From contig CAVWVO010000004.1 of NCBI GenBank assembly GCA_963758515.1, positions 1,513 through 65,512 on the forward strand: DNA of 64,000 bases, read 5' to 3'. The DNA is from an uncultured Actinomycetota bacterium (lineage in GTDB: Bacteria > Actinomycetota > Acidimicrobiia > Acidimicrobiales > Bog-793). A program made the translations under genes and the position numbers. A model generated the notes under the pieces. The model had not been told where the DNA came from and did no database searches. It worked only from the letters and a program-made list of their open reading frames with translations. This document shows positions 18,770 through 27,653 of the stretch, in pieces. The stretch's first letter is position 1, and every line of letters starts with the position of its first letter.

Positions 18770-20952
18770 AAGGAAAGGCCTTCTGTGCGCCGGACGTAGT
18801 CGACGAGCACAGACCGAGGTGTGAAAGCCAACGCGCCATCAATGGCAGCCACGAGTTTCCGGGATGCACCCGGCGCGAAGCGGAACCAGTAGGTGGCGCA
18901 CCCTCCGGAGAAGGTGTAGTAGCGAAGATCGGAGTACTGCGTCTTACGGCTAGGCGGATCCTCGAACTGGCGCGTACCGGGCTGGTCGGAGGGGATCTGC
19001 TGGGCGCCCGAGGTGTCGCAGGTCGCAGTGAGGGTTACGGTGACTGCTCGCGGCCCTGCGCGATCGGAGTCCAGCGAGAGGCTGGCCCTCCCGCTGGCGA
19101 TGTCCGTGCCGCCAATGCTCCAGCCCGTCGGGAGCGCGGCGATGCAGGGCAGCAGGGCAGCGGACGGGACTGCCTGGGCGCTCAGGATCATCGAATGGCC
19201 GGTGCCGCAGCTGGGGGCGTAGGCGCCCAGATTCTCGCCTGCCGGGAAGAAGGCATTTCCCGTTTCCCCCACGGCGGCGGTGATGACGGCGAGCATCGCG
19301 GCCGCCAGAGCGACCCGCCCGATGTTCCAGCGTTGCAGCGCGATCGGCGGCCGCTGCGGGGCGAGGGCGCGGAATTCGCCGAGCAGGTCGCGCTGGTCCC
19401 GTTTCATGAAGGCGCGCAGTTGGGTCGGGCTGGCGGCCCCGCGGGTGGCGGCGAATGCTTCAGCTAGCTCGGCTTCGGTGAAGTACGCCAGCGCCCGCCG
19501 GTAGACCCGCTGCGGGTCGGTGCGCACCGCGAGGAGGAGCATCATGTTGCCCAGGTCGACCGCCTGCCGCCATGGTGACGGGCGCACCTGGACGAAGGCC
19601 ACGTCGACCAGCAGCAGCTCTCCGGAGCGGACCATCAGGTTGCCTGGTTTGATGTCGCGGTGGGCGATCCCAGCGTCCCACAGCGTGCGGATCAGCCGCA
19701 GTCCCTGGTCGATCACCGTGTCGTCGACGTCGGCTTCGCCGATTTCGACGGCGCCGGTATGGAATTCGGTGACCAGCATGTACTCGCGCTCGGGCGTGAT
19801 CTCCACGATGCCGTATGGCTGGGCCGTGCGGACCCCGATGTCCTGCAGCAGGCGCAGGGCATAGTCCTCGTACTCGACCAGGCGCCGCACGGTCTGGAAG
19901 GGGTGCTCGTCCTCCAGGGAGCCGTACAGGATGGTCCGCCACAGCTTGTACCAGCGGTCGGCGCGGACGTGACCCTTGGTGTAGAGCTTGGCGAACACGA
20001 ACTCCTCCGGGCCGCCTTCGACTCGCAGCCGCAACGGCGTGGAGCCGGCGGAGGACTCCAGGCCGACCGGCTTGATCTCGGCCACCGCGAGGCCGAGCTG
20101 GTCGCGCACGGCCTGGCGGATCGCCTGCCCCCGCCGGCCGGTCACGTCCACGTGCGCGGTGCGGCCGCGCCGGTAGGCGACGGGGAACGCCTCGTTCGGG
20201 GTGAAGTACCGAAACGCGGTGACCGCGATCGCAACGGCGATCGCCACGGCGAGCAACGCATCACCGGGGTGATCGACACCGAGGTACAGGCGAGCCAGAC
20301 AGAAGACGGCGACCACGGCGACCACCGCAGCCTTTGTGTAGGTGCGGACGTGGCCGGGCACGGCCAGGCAGTAGACGGCGCCCATCAAGAAGATCGTCAG
20401 GACCGCTGCCGAGGGGGACACCCCGGAGTACCCGCCCCAGCTGCCGATGATCGTTACGCCGTACGGGCGTGGTCTGGACAGCCCGAAGTAGATCGATGTC
20501 CCGGCAATCTCCAGGAACAACACGCTTCCCAGGAACACCAGCAAGTGCCGCCAGCGGCGGAACGCCATCGTCAGGGCGACCACCGACAGGCCGAGCGCGG
20601 TGGCCCCCCAGCCGGAGCCCGCTCCGTTGATCCCGTTGGCCACATCGGTCAGCCACGGCGTCCGTATTCCGGCCAGGAGACGGAGCACCCACGTGCTTGC
20701 CCGGTCATCGATCCGGAGCCACGGCGTGTGCTGGGACGCCAGGAACGCGCCGGCGAGCACCACAGCCCCAAGGATCAGCCATGCCGTGGTGCTGAACGAG
20801 AACGCGCGCGGCAGGGGCGGGGGGGCGCCGGTGGGGCGGCGCTGGCGCGCTGTTGGCAGCACGGCGGGACCCGGCACTGGGCCGACTACGGAATCTAGTG
20901 TTGTAGCGGCAACGGTGTTCTCGCTCGTGGACTCGGTCTTGGAAGTGTTCAT
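18739..20952 (-). CDS. Membrane protein with an N-terminal degenerate PAP2-like domain, a kinase-like domain, one TM segment and a Cys-containing extracytoplasmic domain
   Basis: Intact ORF. ATG at 20952 is preceded by GGGAGA. LSRPRPYG / VSPSAA (His lost) / ARLYLGVDHPGD. FVFAKLY.., IAHRDIKPGNLMV, LLVDVAF. Late TM RVALAAAMLAVITAAVG followed by about 160 aa containing 5 Cys. Confidence 0.8.
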   Translation of the reverse strand: MNTSKTESTSENTVAATTLDSVVGPVPGPAVLPTARQRRPTGAPPPLPRAFSFSTTAWLILGAVVLAGAFLASQHTPWLRIDDRASTWVLRLLAGIRTPWLTDVANGINGAGSGWGATALGLSVVALTMAFRRWRHLLVFLGSVLFLEIAGTSIYFGLSRPRPYGVTIIGSWGGYSGVSPSAAVLTIFLMGAVYCLAVPGHVRTYTKAAVVAVVAVFCLARLYLGVDHPGDALLAVAIAVAIAVTAFRYFTPNEAFPVAYRRGRTAHVDVTGRRGQAIRQAVRDQLGLAVAEIKPVGLESSAGSTPLRLRVEGGPEEFVFAKLYTKGHVRADRWYKLWRTILYGSLEDEHPFQTVRRLVEYEDYALRLLQDIGVRTAQPYGIVEITPEREYMLVTEFHTGAVEIGEADVDDTVIDQGLRLIRTLWDAGIAHRDIKPGNLMVRSGELLLVDVAFVQVRPSPWRQAVDLGNMMLLLAVRTDPQRVYRRALAYFTEAELAEAFAATRGAASPTQLRAFMKRDQRDLLGEFRALAPQRPPIALQRWNIGRVALAAAMLAVITAAVGETGNAFFPAGENLGAYAPSCGTGHSMILSAQAVPSAALLPCIAALPTGWSIGGTDIASGRASLSLDSDRAGPRAVTVTLTATCDTSGAQQIPSDQPGTRQFEDPPSRKTQYSDLRYYTFSGGCATYWFRFAPGASRKLVAAIDGALAFTPRSVLVDYVRRTEGLSLCGRGASCPG

Positions 20953-21252
20953 GTCGATCTCCCTGGAGTGTTCAATGGATTGAGGGGGGTTGGTCATCGG
21001 ATCGGGCACTTAAGGACGCGAGGCCATGCGACGCATCGGTGGAGTGGTGACTACATCCAGGGCCACCTTCTGCTTGGGGACACCCTGAGCCGGGAGCAGA
21101 CGATTGGCGAGGTGTTGGACGTTCTCGTGGGCACCAAGCGTCGCCTGCGGTCACGCCGCCAATGAAGTCCGACGCACCCGGACGGGCAGCTCGACCCATC
21201 ACGCGCCCGTGTCGGGGAATCCTCCCAAGATTCCCCGACACGGCGCGGGCGA

Positions 21253-23316
21253 TCAGTGCAGGGCCGGCTCCAGGTGCTCCATCTTCGACAGATCCACCAC
21301 CGGAGCGGCCAGACCCACCGTCGGAGCAGCCGTTCCCCGGCGGGCGGCCCGCTCGGTCCAGATGTCGAGCACGAGCAGACTCAGGTTCGACACGACCGCC
21401 GCACCGATGATCGTCGTGATCAACGCCATGAGCCCGCTGGTCGCGTGGAAACCGAGTGCGGCTCCGACCACCGCACCGACACCCGCGGCACCGATGCCCT
21501 TGGCCCGCATCGCCTTCGGTGTGTCGGCGCGGACCCAGCCGGCGTAGAGCCCGAGCCAGATCGGCACCGCGATCGAGACCACCGTCACGAGCGGGTCGTC
21601 GAGCGGCCGGCTCGGCCAGAACCGCAGTAGCAACAGTGCGCCGAGGAACCAGCCGCCGAGTCCGAACACGATCGGGCCGGCCGAACGGATCCATGCGCCC
21701 GTCTTGCGGCCCGTACCGCCCCGGCGGCGGATCCGGATCGCCAACACCACGAGCCAGAGCACTGCCAACAAGGCGAAGCCGACCATTGCCCCAAGGAGGT
21801 CCCTGGCGATCCCTGTCTGTGTGGACGGTGTCACGAAGCTGACGACGTTCGGGGTGTAGCGGGACGTGTCGACCTGACCGGTGGCGTAGAACTTGGTCAG
21901 CAACTGCGTGCCGGCTTTCGGCTCGTAGTACCAGAAGTCGTCCACGTGCCCGAGCCCGGACAGGATGACCTGATGCCCGTTGGAAAGGTGCGGCAGCAGC
22001 TCCTTCGTGGCGTTCTGGGCCGGCGTCTCGAAGTCGAGCGTCCCGCCGACGAGCAGCGTCGGGACGCTCGAGTTCTGCACGCTCGTGTACTGGTTCTCGC
22101 CCGGGTTGGCCGGCCAGGCGTGCACAAGGCCTCCTGCCCCCCAGATGAAGTCCGCGAGGGGATTTCCGATGATCGAGCCCCGGTCAGCGCCGGAGCTGTA
22201 ATAGCGCTCGACGGGGTGGGCGTCGGCCATCCCGATGCTTGCAAACTCGCCCCAGACGAACGACTGGGGGAGGACCAAATGGGTCATCATCGATAGAAAC
22301 CACAGGCCGCTCGGGTCACCCTGCGCGGCGGAGATCCACGAGTCGAGGGTCGTCGGCCCGGACAGTTCCGAAGCCTGCGCGGTCGAATACGTGAGTCCGA
22401 GGAACGTCCCGACCCGGACGTTGCCCGGCTCGATCGGCAGGGATAACCAACTGCTCGGCATGTGGGCGGCCGTGTGCTGCATGCTGGCGGCGAGGTTTCC
22501 GGTGCGGGCGCGGCAGGAAGGCTGCTTCGCGCACAGCGCCGAGTAACGCTCGATCCCCTGATCGATCTCGGCTCCGCTGTAGAGGAAGTTCCCGGGCGGG
22601 TTGACCCCGACCATCACCGAGCGATCGACAGTGCTCGGGTACCGCCACTGGTAGACCATCCCGAGACGGGTCCCGGCGCTCTCGCTGAACAGGTCGATGC
22701 GCTTGTAGCCGAGGGCGACGCGAGCGGCGTCGATGTCGGCGGCCTGCTCTGCCAGCGTGTAGCCGGCAAGGTCTACGCCGTCTCGCTCAAGCCGCTTCGC
22801 GCACGCGGCGAAGGCCTGCGAGTACGCGGTGAGCGACGCTTTGCCGAGGTAGTCGGCGGAGTTGTTCAGCGCCGCCGTCACCTCGGGACAGTTCAGCACC
22901 GAAGAGCCGTCGACGCCGCGGTAGCCGACCATGACGACATCGTGCTTAGCGGCCAGGCGGTTCGCTTGGGGAAACGTCATGTTGGTTATGCCCGGGCCGC
23001 CGCTCAGATGGAAGATTGGCGCCAGCGGGTGAGATGAGCGAGCCAGGATCCGGATCACCGGCAGCGCGATCAGCCGCGACTTCGAGCTCGCTCGGTTCTC
23101 CGGCACGACCAACGTGCCGCAGTCGGCGGGCATCGCGCCCTGCTCGCTCGCGTAAGTGCACGCGTGCATGGTCAGGTCACCGGCCTTGGCTCCGGCGGGC
23201 ACTGAGGCGGCGGCGTCGCCGGGTGCGAACCGGATGTACATCAGGCCGAACAACATCACCCCGATGACCACCAGGGCAACGATCCGAGTGGGGGTGTAGA
23301 TCCGCTTTGCCTTCAT
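21253..23316 (-). CDS. Membrane-anchored alpha/beta hydrolase (TAP/tripeptidyl-aminopeptidase-like) with a C-terminal multi-TM region
   Basis: N-terminal TM anchor, HLSGGPG oxyanion region, nucleophile elbow FSESAGT. The last ~190 aa form about 5 hydrophobic spans. ATG at 23316 has GAAGGA 10 nt upstream. Confidence 0.8.
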   Translation of the reverse strand: MKAKRIYTPTRIVALVVIGVMLFGLMYIRFAPGDAAASVPAGAKAGDLTMHACTYASEQGAMPADCGTLVVPENRASSKSRLIALPVIRILARSSHPLAPIFHLSGGPGITNMTFPQANRLAAKHDVVMVGYRGVDGSSVLNCPEVTAALNNSADYLGKASLTAYSQAFAACAKRLERDGVDLAGYTLAEQAADIDAARVALGYKRIDLFSESAGTRLGMVYQWRYPSTVDRSVMVGVNPPGNFLYSGAEIDQGIERYSALCAKQPSCRARTGNLAASMQHTAAHMPSSWLSLPIEPGNVRVGTFLGLTYSTAQASELSGPTTLDSWISAAQGDPSGLWFLSMMTHLVLPQSFVWGEFASIGMADAHPVERYYSSGADRGSIIGNPLADFIWGAGGLVHAWPANPGENQYTSVQNSSVPTLLVGGTLDFETPAQNATKELLPHLSNGHQVILSGLGHVDDFWYYEPKAGTQLLTKFYATGQVDTSRYTPNVVSFVTPSTQTGIARDLLGAMVGFALLAVLWLVVLAIRIRRRGGTGRKTGAWIRSAGPIVFGLGGWFLGALLLLRFWPSRPLDDPLVTVVSIAVPIWLGLYAGWVRADTPKAMRAKGIGAAGVGAVVGAALGFHATSGLMALITTIIGAAVVSNLSLLVLDIWTERAARRGTAAPTVGLAAPVVDLSKMEHLEPALH

Positions 23317-23442
23317 GACGAGCACGTCCTTCGGTCCTGCGGAAAACCGGGTGAATCCCGCTACACGAACCGTAAAGACCGGGCCCGGCGGAGTCGTCGG
23401 CCGCGAGTGCGATTGGCGCTCGTCCTGCGGGCGGATTCGAGA

Positions 23443-23459
23443 CTCGTCCTCGAGTAGGA
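23443..23459 (-). promoter_or_regulatory. 17-bp box TCCTACTCGAGGACGAG (minus-strand reading) upstream of the hydrolase-kinase operon
   Basis: 13 of 17 positions are identical to the box upstream of the kinase/regulator operon (25414-25430) in the same orientation. It lies about 125 nt upstream of the hydrolase start. Confidence 0.4.
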
Positions 23460-23518
23460 GGTTCGAAGCGCGGGATCGACGGAACGGCGGCAGTCGCGCT
23501 TGGGGTCCCCTGTGAGGC

Positions 23519-24178
23519 TTAGGTGGGTGTGGCTCCCGGTACGAGCCCGGTCTGGTAGGCGAGCACGACGACTTGGACGCGGTCGCGGAGGTTGAGTTTC
23601 TGGAGGATGTGTGAGACGTGGGTCTTGACGGTCGTCTCGCTGATATAGAGCTCCGCGCCGATCTCTGCGTTGGACAGGCCGCGGGCGATGAGCCGGACGA
23701 TGTCTTGCTCGTGTGCGGTGAGCTCGTCGAGTTCTTTCGGCGACTCGTGGCGAGGGATGCGGGTGAATTGACTGATCACGCGTTTGAGGATCGCGGGTGA
23801 GAGGAGCGCGTCTCCAGCGGCGACGGTGCGGACCGCCTCGATCAGCTGTTCGGGGGGGTCGTCTTTGAGCACGAATCCGCTCGCGCCGGCGCTGAGTGCT
23901 TCGTAGACGTATTCGTCGAGTCCGAAGGTGGTGAGGATCAGGATCCGGGCGGTGTTGTCGGTGGCAATGATCCGGCGGGTGGCCTGGAGCCCGTCGAGCT
24001 CTGGCATGCGGATGTCCATCAGGACCACGGTCGGGTCAAATTGCGCCGCCTTGGCCACCGCTTCCAGTCCGTTGCTTGCTTCGGCGACGACTTCCATGTC
24101 CTGTTCGCCGGCGAGCAGCATCCGGAAGCCGGCGCGGACCATGGCCTGGTCGTCGGCGATGAGGACTCGGATCGTCAT
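23519..24178 (-). CDS. NarL/LuxR-family response regulator
   Basis: IRVLIADDQAMVRAGFRMLL, DIRMPELDG, and a C-terminal LuxR HTH LSNAEIGAELYISETTVKTHVSHIL. Confidence 0.9.
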   Translation of the reverse strand: MTIRVLIADDQAMVRAGFRMLLAGEQDMEVVAEASNGLEAVAKAAQFDPTVVLMDIRMPELDGLQATRRIIATDNTARILILTTFGLDEYVYEALSAGASGFVLKDDPPEQLIEAVRTVAAGDALLSPAILKRVISQFTRIPRHESPKELDELTAHEQDIVRLIARGLSNAEIGAELYISETTVKTHVSHILQKLNLRDRVQVVVLAYQTGLVPGATPT

Positions 24179-25380
24179 GGCCGGTCCGGGGTGAGTGGGA
24201 GGCGGGCGCTGAGCGTGAACCCGCCGCCGTTTGTCCTGCCTGCGGTCATCTCGCCGCCGTAGAGTTTGACGCGCTCGCGGATGCCGATCAGTCCGTGGCC
24301 ATGGCCGTCGCTCGGCGTCACGCAGGTGCCGTCGTCGCGCACTTCGATCCCTACCTCGTCCGGCGCATACCGGACGGTGACCTCCGCGTGGCTGGCGCGG
24401 GCGTGCTTGAGCGCGTTGGTGAGACCCTCCTGAACAATCCGATACGCGGAGAGGTCGATCCCTGGCGGGAGCGGGAAACGCTCCCCGTCGAGGTGCAGCT
24501 CGACGGGGAGCCCGGCACGGCCGATCTCCTTCACCAACGAGTCGAGGCCGTCAAGGCCGGGCTGAGGCGCGAGCTCTAGGCCGTCGCCGTCACGGCGCAT
24601 CACACTGAGCAGACGGCGCATCTCGGTCAGCGCGCCGCGCCCGGCCTGCTCGACACTCCTGAGGGCATCGCGATCCTCGGCCATCGCGTCGAGGCGGTGC
24701 CTGACAGCGCCGACTTGCAGCACCATCACGCTGACGGCGTGCGCGACGATGTCGTGCAGCTCGCGCGCGATCCGCGCCCGCTCCTCGGCCACAGCGACGC
24801 GCGTCGCTGCATCCCGCTCCTGCTCGGCCTGTGTCGCATGTGCCTCCGCCACCTCGGCCTGCTCTTCGGCCTGTGTCGCATGTGACTCCGCCACCTCGGC
24901 CTGCTCGGCCCGCGCGCGGACGGCAAGGCCTGCTACCAAGGCGACGGCGAAGTCGATGGGAATGAAGACGAGCTGGAAGACCGAGTGTCCGGGGATGTTG
25001 TAGAGGAGGGTCGCCGCAGCACCGACCACGATCGCCAGTCCGAGGCCGGCCTGGCGGACGTCCCGAAGGTTCCCGAGCAGGAATGCGGCCACCAGGCCGA
25101 GCAGGAAGATGGACTCGGGGTACGGGATCAGCAGCGGGTCGACGAACGAGATTCCCGCGGCCAAAAGCCAGTACCCCGCCGGTCCGGCAAATGGAAACCA
25201 TCGCCGCGCGAACAGGGGTAGCACCAGGATCGCGAGCGCGGGAAGGCAGAACCACAGCGTCGTTGTCGGAGCTCCGGACGAGCCGCGTCCGAGCACCACG
25301 TCGAGCATCGCCATGATCGCAAGCAGCGCGATCAGCAGGTCGAACCAGTACGTGCGGGCGAGATGTTCGATTCGGCTCAC
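24175..25380 (-). CDS. Sensor histidine kinase (HisKA_3 type, intramembrane-sensing architecture)
   Basis: About 160 aa of closely packed TM helices with no obvious extracytoplasmic domain. H-box RIARELHDIVAH, then HATPase motifs. ATGA overlap with the regulator gene. Confidence 0.9.
   Translation of the reverse strand: MSRIEHLARTYWFDLLIALLAIMAMLDVVLGRGSSGAPTTTLWFCLPALAILVLPLFARRWFPFAGPAGYWLLAAGISFVDPLLIPYPESIFLLGLVAAFLLGNLRDVRQAGLGLAIVVGAAATLLYNIPGHSVFQLVFIPIDFAVALVAGLAVRARAEQAEVAESHATQAEEQAEVAEAHATQAEQERDAATRVAVAEERARIARELHDIVAHAVSVMVLQVGAVRHRLDAMAEDRDALRSVEQAGRGALTEMRRLLSVMRRDGDGLELAPQPGLDGLDSLVKEIGRAGLPVELHLDGERFPLPPGIDLSAYRIVQEGLTNALKHARASHAEVTVRYAPDEVGIEVRDDGTCVTPSDGHGHGLIGIRERVKLYGGEMTAGRTNGGGFTLSARLPLTPDRP
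24826..24909. repeat. Intragenic 42-nt tandem duplication (2 units) in the kinase linker
   Basis: GGCCTGTGTCGCATGTG(C/A)CTCCGCCACCTCGGCCTGCTC.. occurs at 24826 and 24868. It encodes the duplicated stretch AEQAEVAESHATQAEEQAEVAEAHATQAE (14-aa period). Confidence 0.8.
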
Positions 25381-25413
25381 TCGCTAAAGGTACGCCGCCC
25401 CCTCCGTTCCCGC

Positions 25414-25430
25414 CTCCTACCTGAGTAGGA
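25414..25430 (-). promoter_or_regulatory. Palindromic box CTCCTACCTGAGTAGGA (TCCTAC-N4-GTAGGA) upstream of the kinase/regulator operon
   Basis: Perfect 6-bp arms, 35-50 nt upstream of the kinase start codon. Related box at 23443-23459. Confidence 0.45.
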
Positions 25431-25632
25431 ATCGAAGTCGTCGGATGGTAGGAGCCGCGGTTGACTACTTTGCAGGTTGGGGCCGCTACGAGCGCCGAGG
25501 GGTCGGCCAGCAAGGCCCGAGAAACGGATACGAGCCGGGTCGCATCCGCACGGCCGTAGGGGCGGTCGAACCTCAAAGTCCAGGTCCGCTGGGCGCGGAA
25601 CCCGGGGCGCGATGCAACACCCGTGATCTGTC

Positions 25633-26265
25633 TCAGCATTGCGCGGCTCTCTTGCGTAGCGTCGGTACGCCGTCACCTTGTAGCTCGTCAAGTGCGACGA
25701 ACCGGCCGCTCAAAGTAAGGACGAGAGCCTCGATATGCCCGGCGACCTCAGGACCGTCGCCCGCTGACCACTCCGCGTCGGTGGCGGTGGCCCGAAGGTC
25801 TTGAAAGAGCTTCGCTCCAGGAAAGAAGCGACTTGCCCGGAGGTCCGACGCAACAGTAATCATTCGCTGCTCCGGGACGGACCGCTTTCGATCGAGAGGC
25901 CGGCGAATGTCGAGCTGGTGGACCACGATGTCCTCGAGCATGGATAGCGACGATAAGCCGGGGAGATGACTGCGACTGGTGAGCATGTTTCGATAGTCCC
26001 GAAGGATTTCCATTACGGGAGCGTCTCCTCGGCGCTTGGCGTCCTTAGCGATGTATCGATTGGGCCGAAAGCCCGATGCAATCATGCCCAAGGCAAGTCG
26101 AGCAACAGTCATCTGTGTCTCGCTCAGCATGTGCCCGACCACATCGCGCACTCGCCACTCGGTGCAAAGTGAGCGGAAGTCCCATTGCTCGGGTGTCAGC
26201 GTGTCGAGCAGTTCCATGAGAGCGGCACGCTCCTCGAAGACGTCGATCCAGACATCAGGTTTCAT
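25633..26265 (-). CDS. Maleylpyruvate-isomerase/DinB-like, mycothiol-dependent enzyme family protein
   Basis: The N-terminus LMELLDTLTPEQWDFRSLCTEWRVRDVVGHM is typical of the actinobacterial TIGR03083-type family. Confidence 0.75.
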   Translation of the reverse strand: MKPDVWIDVFEERAALMELLDTLTPEQWDFRSLCTEWRVRDVVGHMLSETQMTVARLALGMIASGFRPNRYIAKDAKRRGDAPVMEILRDYRNMLTSRSHLPGLSSLSMLEDIVVHQLDIRRPLDRKRSVPEQRMITVASDLRASRFFPGAKLFQDLRATATDAEWSAGDGPEVAGHIEALVLTLSGRFVALDELQGDGVPTLRKRAAQC

Positions 26266-26730
26266 GATGAATATGTTCTCAGCTCGATGTGGCGCCTCCC
26301 AAGCAGGAGCCAGAGGGCGAACACGAACTCACCGAGGCCCGTGATCGCAGAGACATCGAGCGAGGAGCCTCGGGAAAACGCTCTTCCGAAGCTGTCGCTC
26401 AGATAGCCGGAGCCCGGCGCACTCGACGATTCAGTGGGGCTCGCCACGCTGCTCCGAAGGTGCATCGCTGGGAGGCGCCACAGGAACCGAGGACTCCGGG
26501 AGTGGGCGGCGCGAGAGCTGAAGGGGTACGAGGAAGAGGACGAGCTGCCGCCATACCGGTCGGCGCCTCCACCGCCGCTCCTGTTGGACGGGGCGACTAC
26601 GCGAGGACGGATACCGGACAACTTGTCCCATCGACGATGATTCCGAGGTCGCACGCGAACCCCCTCGATCGCTGATCTGAACTACATGTCGGCCGTCGCG
26701 GAGATCGCTCAGGTGGTCGAGGCTGCGAAG

Positions 26731-26863
26731 GTACAAGGACCAACGACGGGCAAACCGATCGTCTATGCCCTCACCATCCCGGCCAATGCTCCGAACCCGG
26801 CCCTCCCCCGCAGCTTCGTCGCCTTCGTGCTCAGTTCGAAGGGGCAGGCGATCATGTCCTCGA
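26731..26863 (+). repeat. Displaced duplicate of the 3' part of the binding-protein gene (copy of 11185-11326)
   Basis: ACGACGGGCAAACCGATCGTCTATGCCCTCACCATCCC...GGGCAGGCGATCATGTCCTCGA is shared with only a few mismatches, plus a 9-nt gap near the 5' end. Both copies encode VQGP..TTGKPIVYALTIP.NAPNPAL.RSFVAFVLSSKGQAIMSS. Confidence 0.85.
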
Positions 26864-26865
26864 CC

Positions 26866-27501
26866 TCGAACGGGATAGGCGCCATCGCCGTGATCGAGCG
26901 GCCTGCGAGAAAGGCCTGCTCCGCCCCCGTCTCATCACCCATCACCGCGGCCAGGTTGCCGCGGCATCGGGCCAAAGCGAGCACTCCGTGGATTCCGGCC
27001 GAGAGGATGCCGGCGGTCAGTCGGTCATCAGGAGCACTGCCATGCGACCGGATGACAATCCGGAAGCTGGCCGACGAGGTCCTCGAAATTGTCCTCCTCT
27101 CCAGACGCCTGCCGGAGATCGCCGACGATGCGGAGGAGAAGCGGGTCGCAGCCGACACTGCCGAGATGTTCGCGAAGCAGGTCCGTCGCTCGCTCTACAT
27201 TGCCGGAGGCCGCGGTGCGGAGGACCTCGATGTGGTGGCGTTCCCAGGTCCTCTGCCCGCGATCGTGACGTTGGCCTGAGGTTCCGATCGTGGCGTCGAG
27301 GTCGCAGAGGGCAAGCTCGAACGCCGGGTCGGCTTCGATGGCGAGGCGCAGCGCTATGGTGGCTCGGCGGCGGTCAATGGCTCTCTGCGCCTGCCGGTAC
27401 AACGCCGCGGCCTGTGAGCTCGTGGTGACCGGGCGGCCATGGTCCTCAACGGCGTCCAAGTCATGATGCTGGCTGAAGGGCGGACCTTGTCCTGGCTGCA
27501 T
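26866..27501 (-). pseudogene. TPR-like helical protein (possibly TTC38-like), frameshifted and 3'-truncated
   Basis: ORF 27028-27501 continues in the frame of ORF 26763-27158 (..HGSAPDDRLTAGILSAGIHGVLALARCRGNLAAVMGDETGAE..) and runs into the duplicated fragment. Confidence 0.35.
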
Positions 27502-27653
27502 GATCCCATGTTGCTCTGACGGCCTGAGGCGACACTGAGGTGATACTGAGGTCAGCCGCCCGGAGAAGATCTGCCGAAGCTGCGACGTCCGGTTCGAAGA
27601 GGCGGCAGACCTCAGAATGTGTCAAACCGGCGCCGGCTCCGCTTGGCCGCCTC

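Noticed and set aside
19660-20898. Long antisense or alternative-frame ORFs, e.g. 19660-20898 (+), 24590-25639 (-), 8008-8937 (+), 43506-44280 (+), 46276-47283 (-).
   Set aside because: These are Arg/Pro/Gly-rich low-complexity translations typical of shadow ORFs in high-GC DNA. Each overlaps a well-supported gene on the other strand or in another frame.
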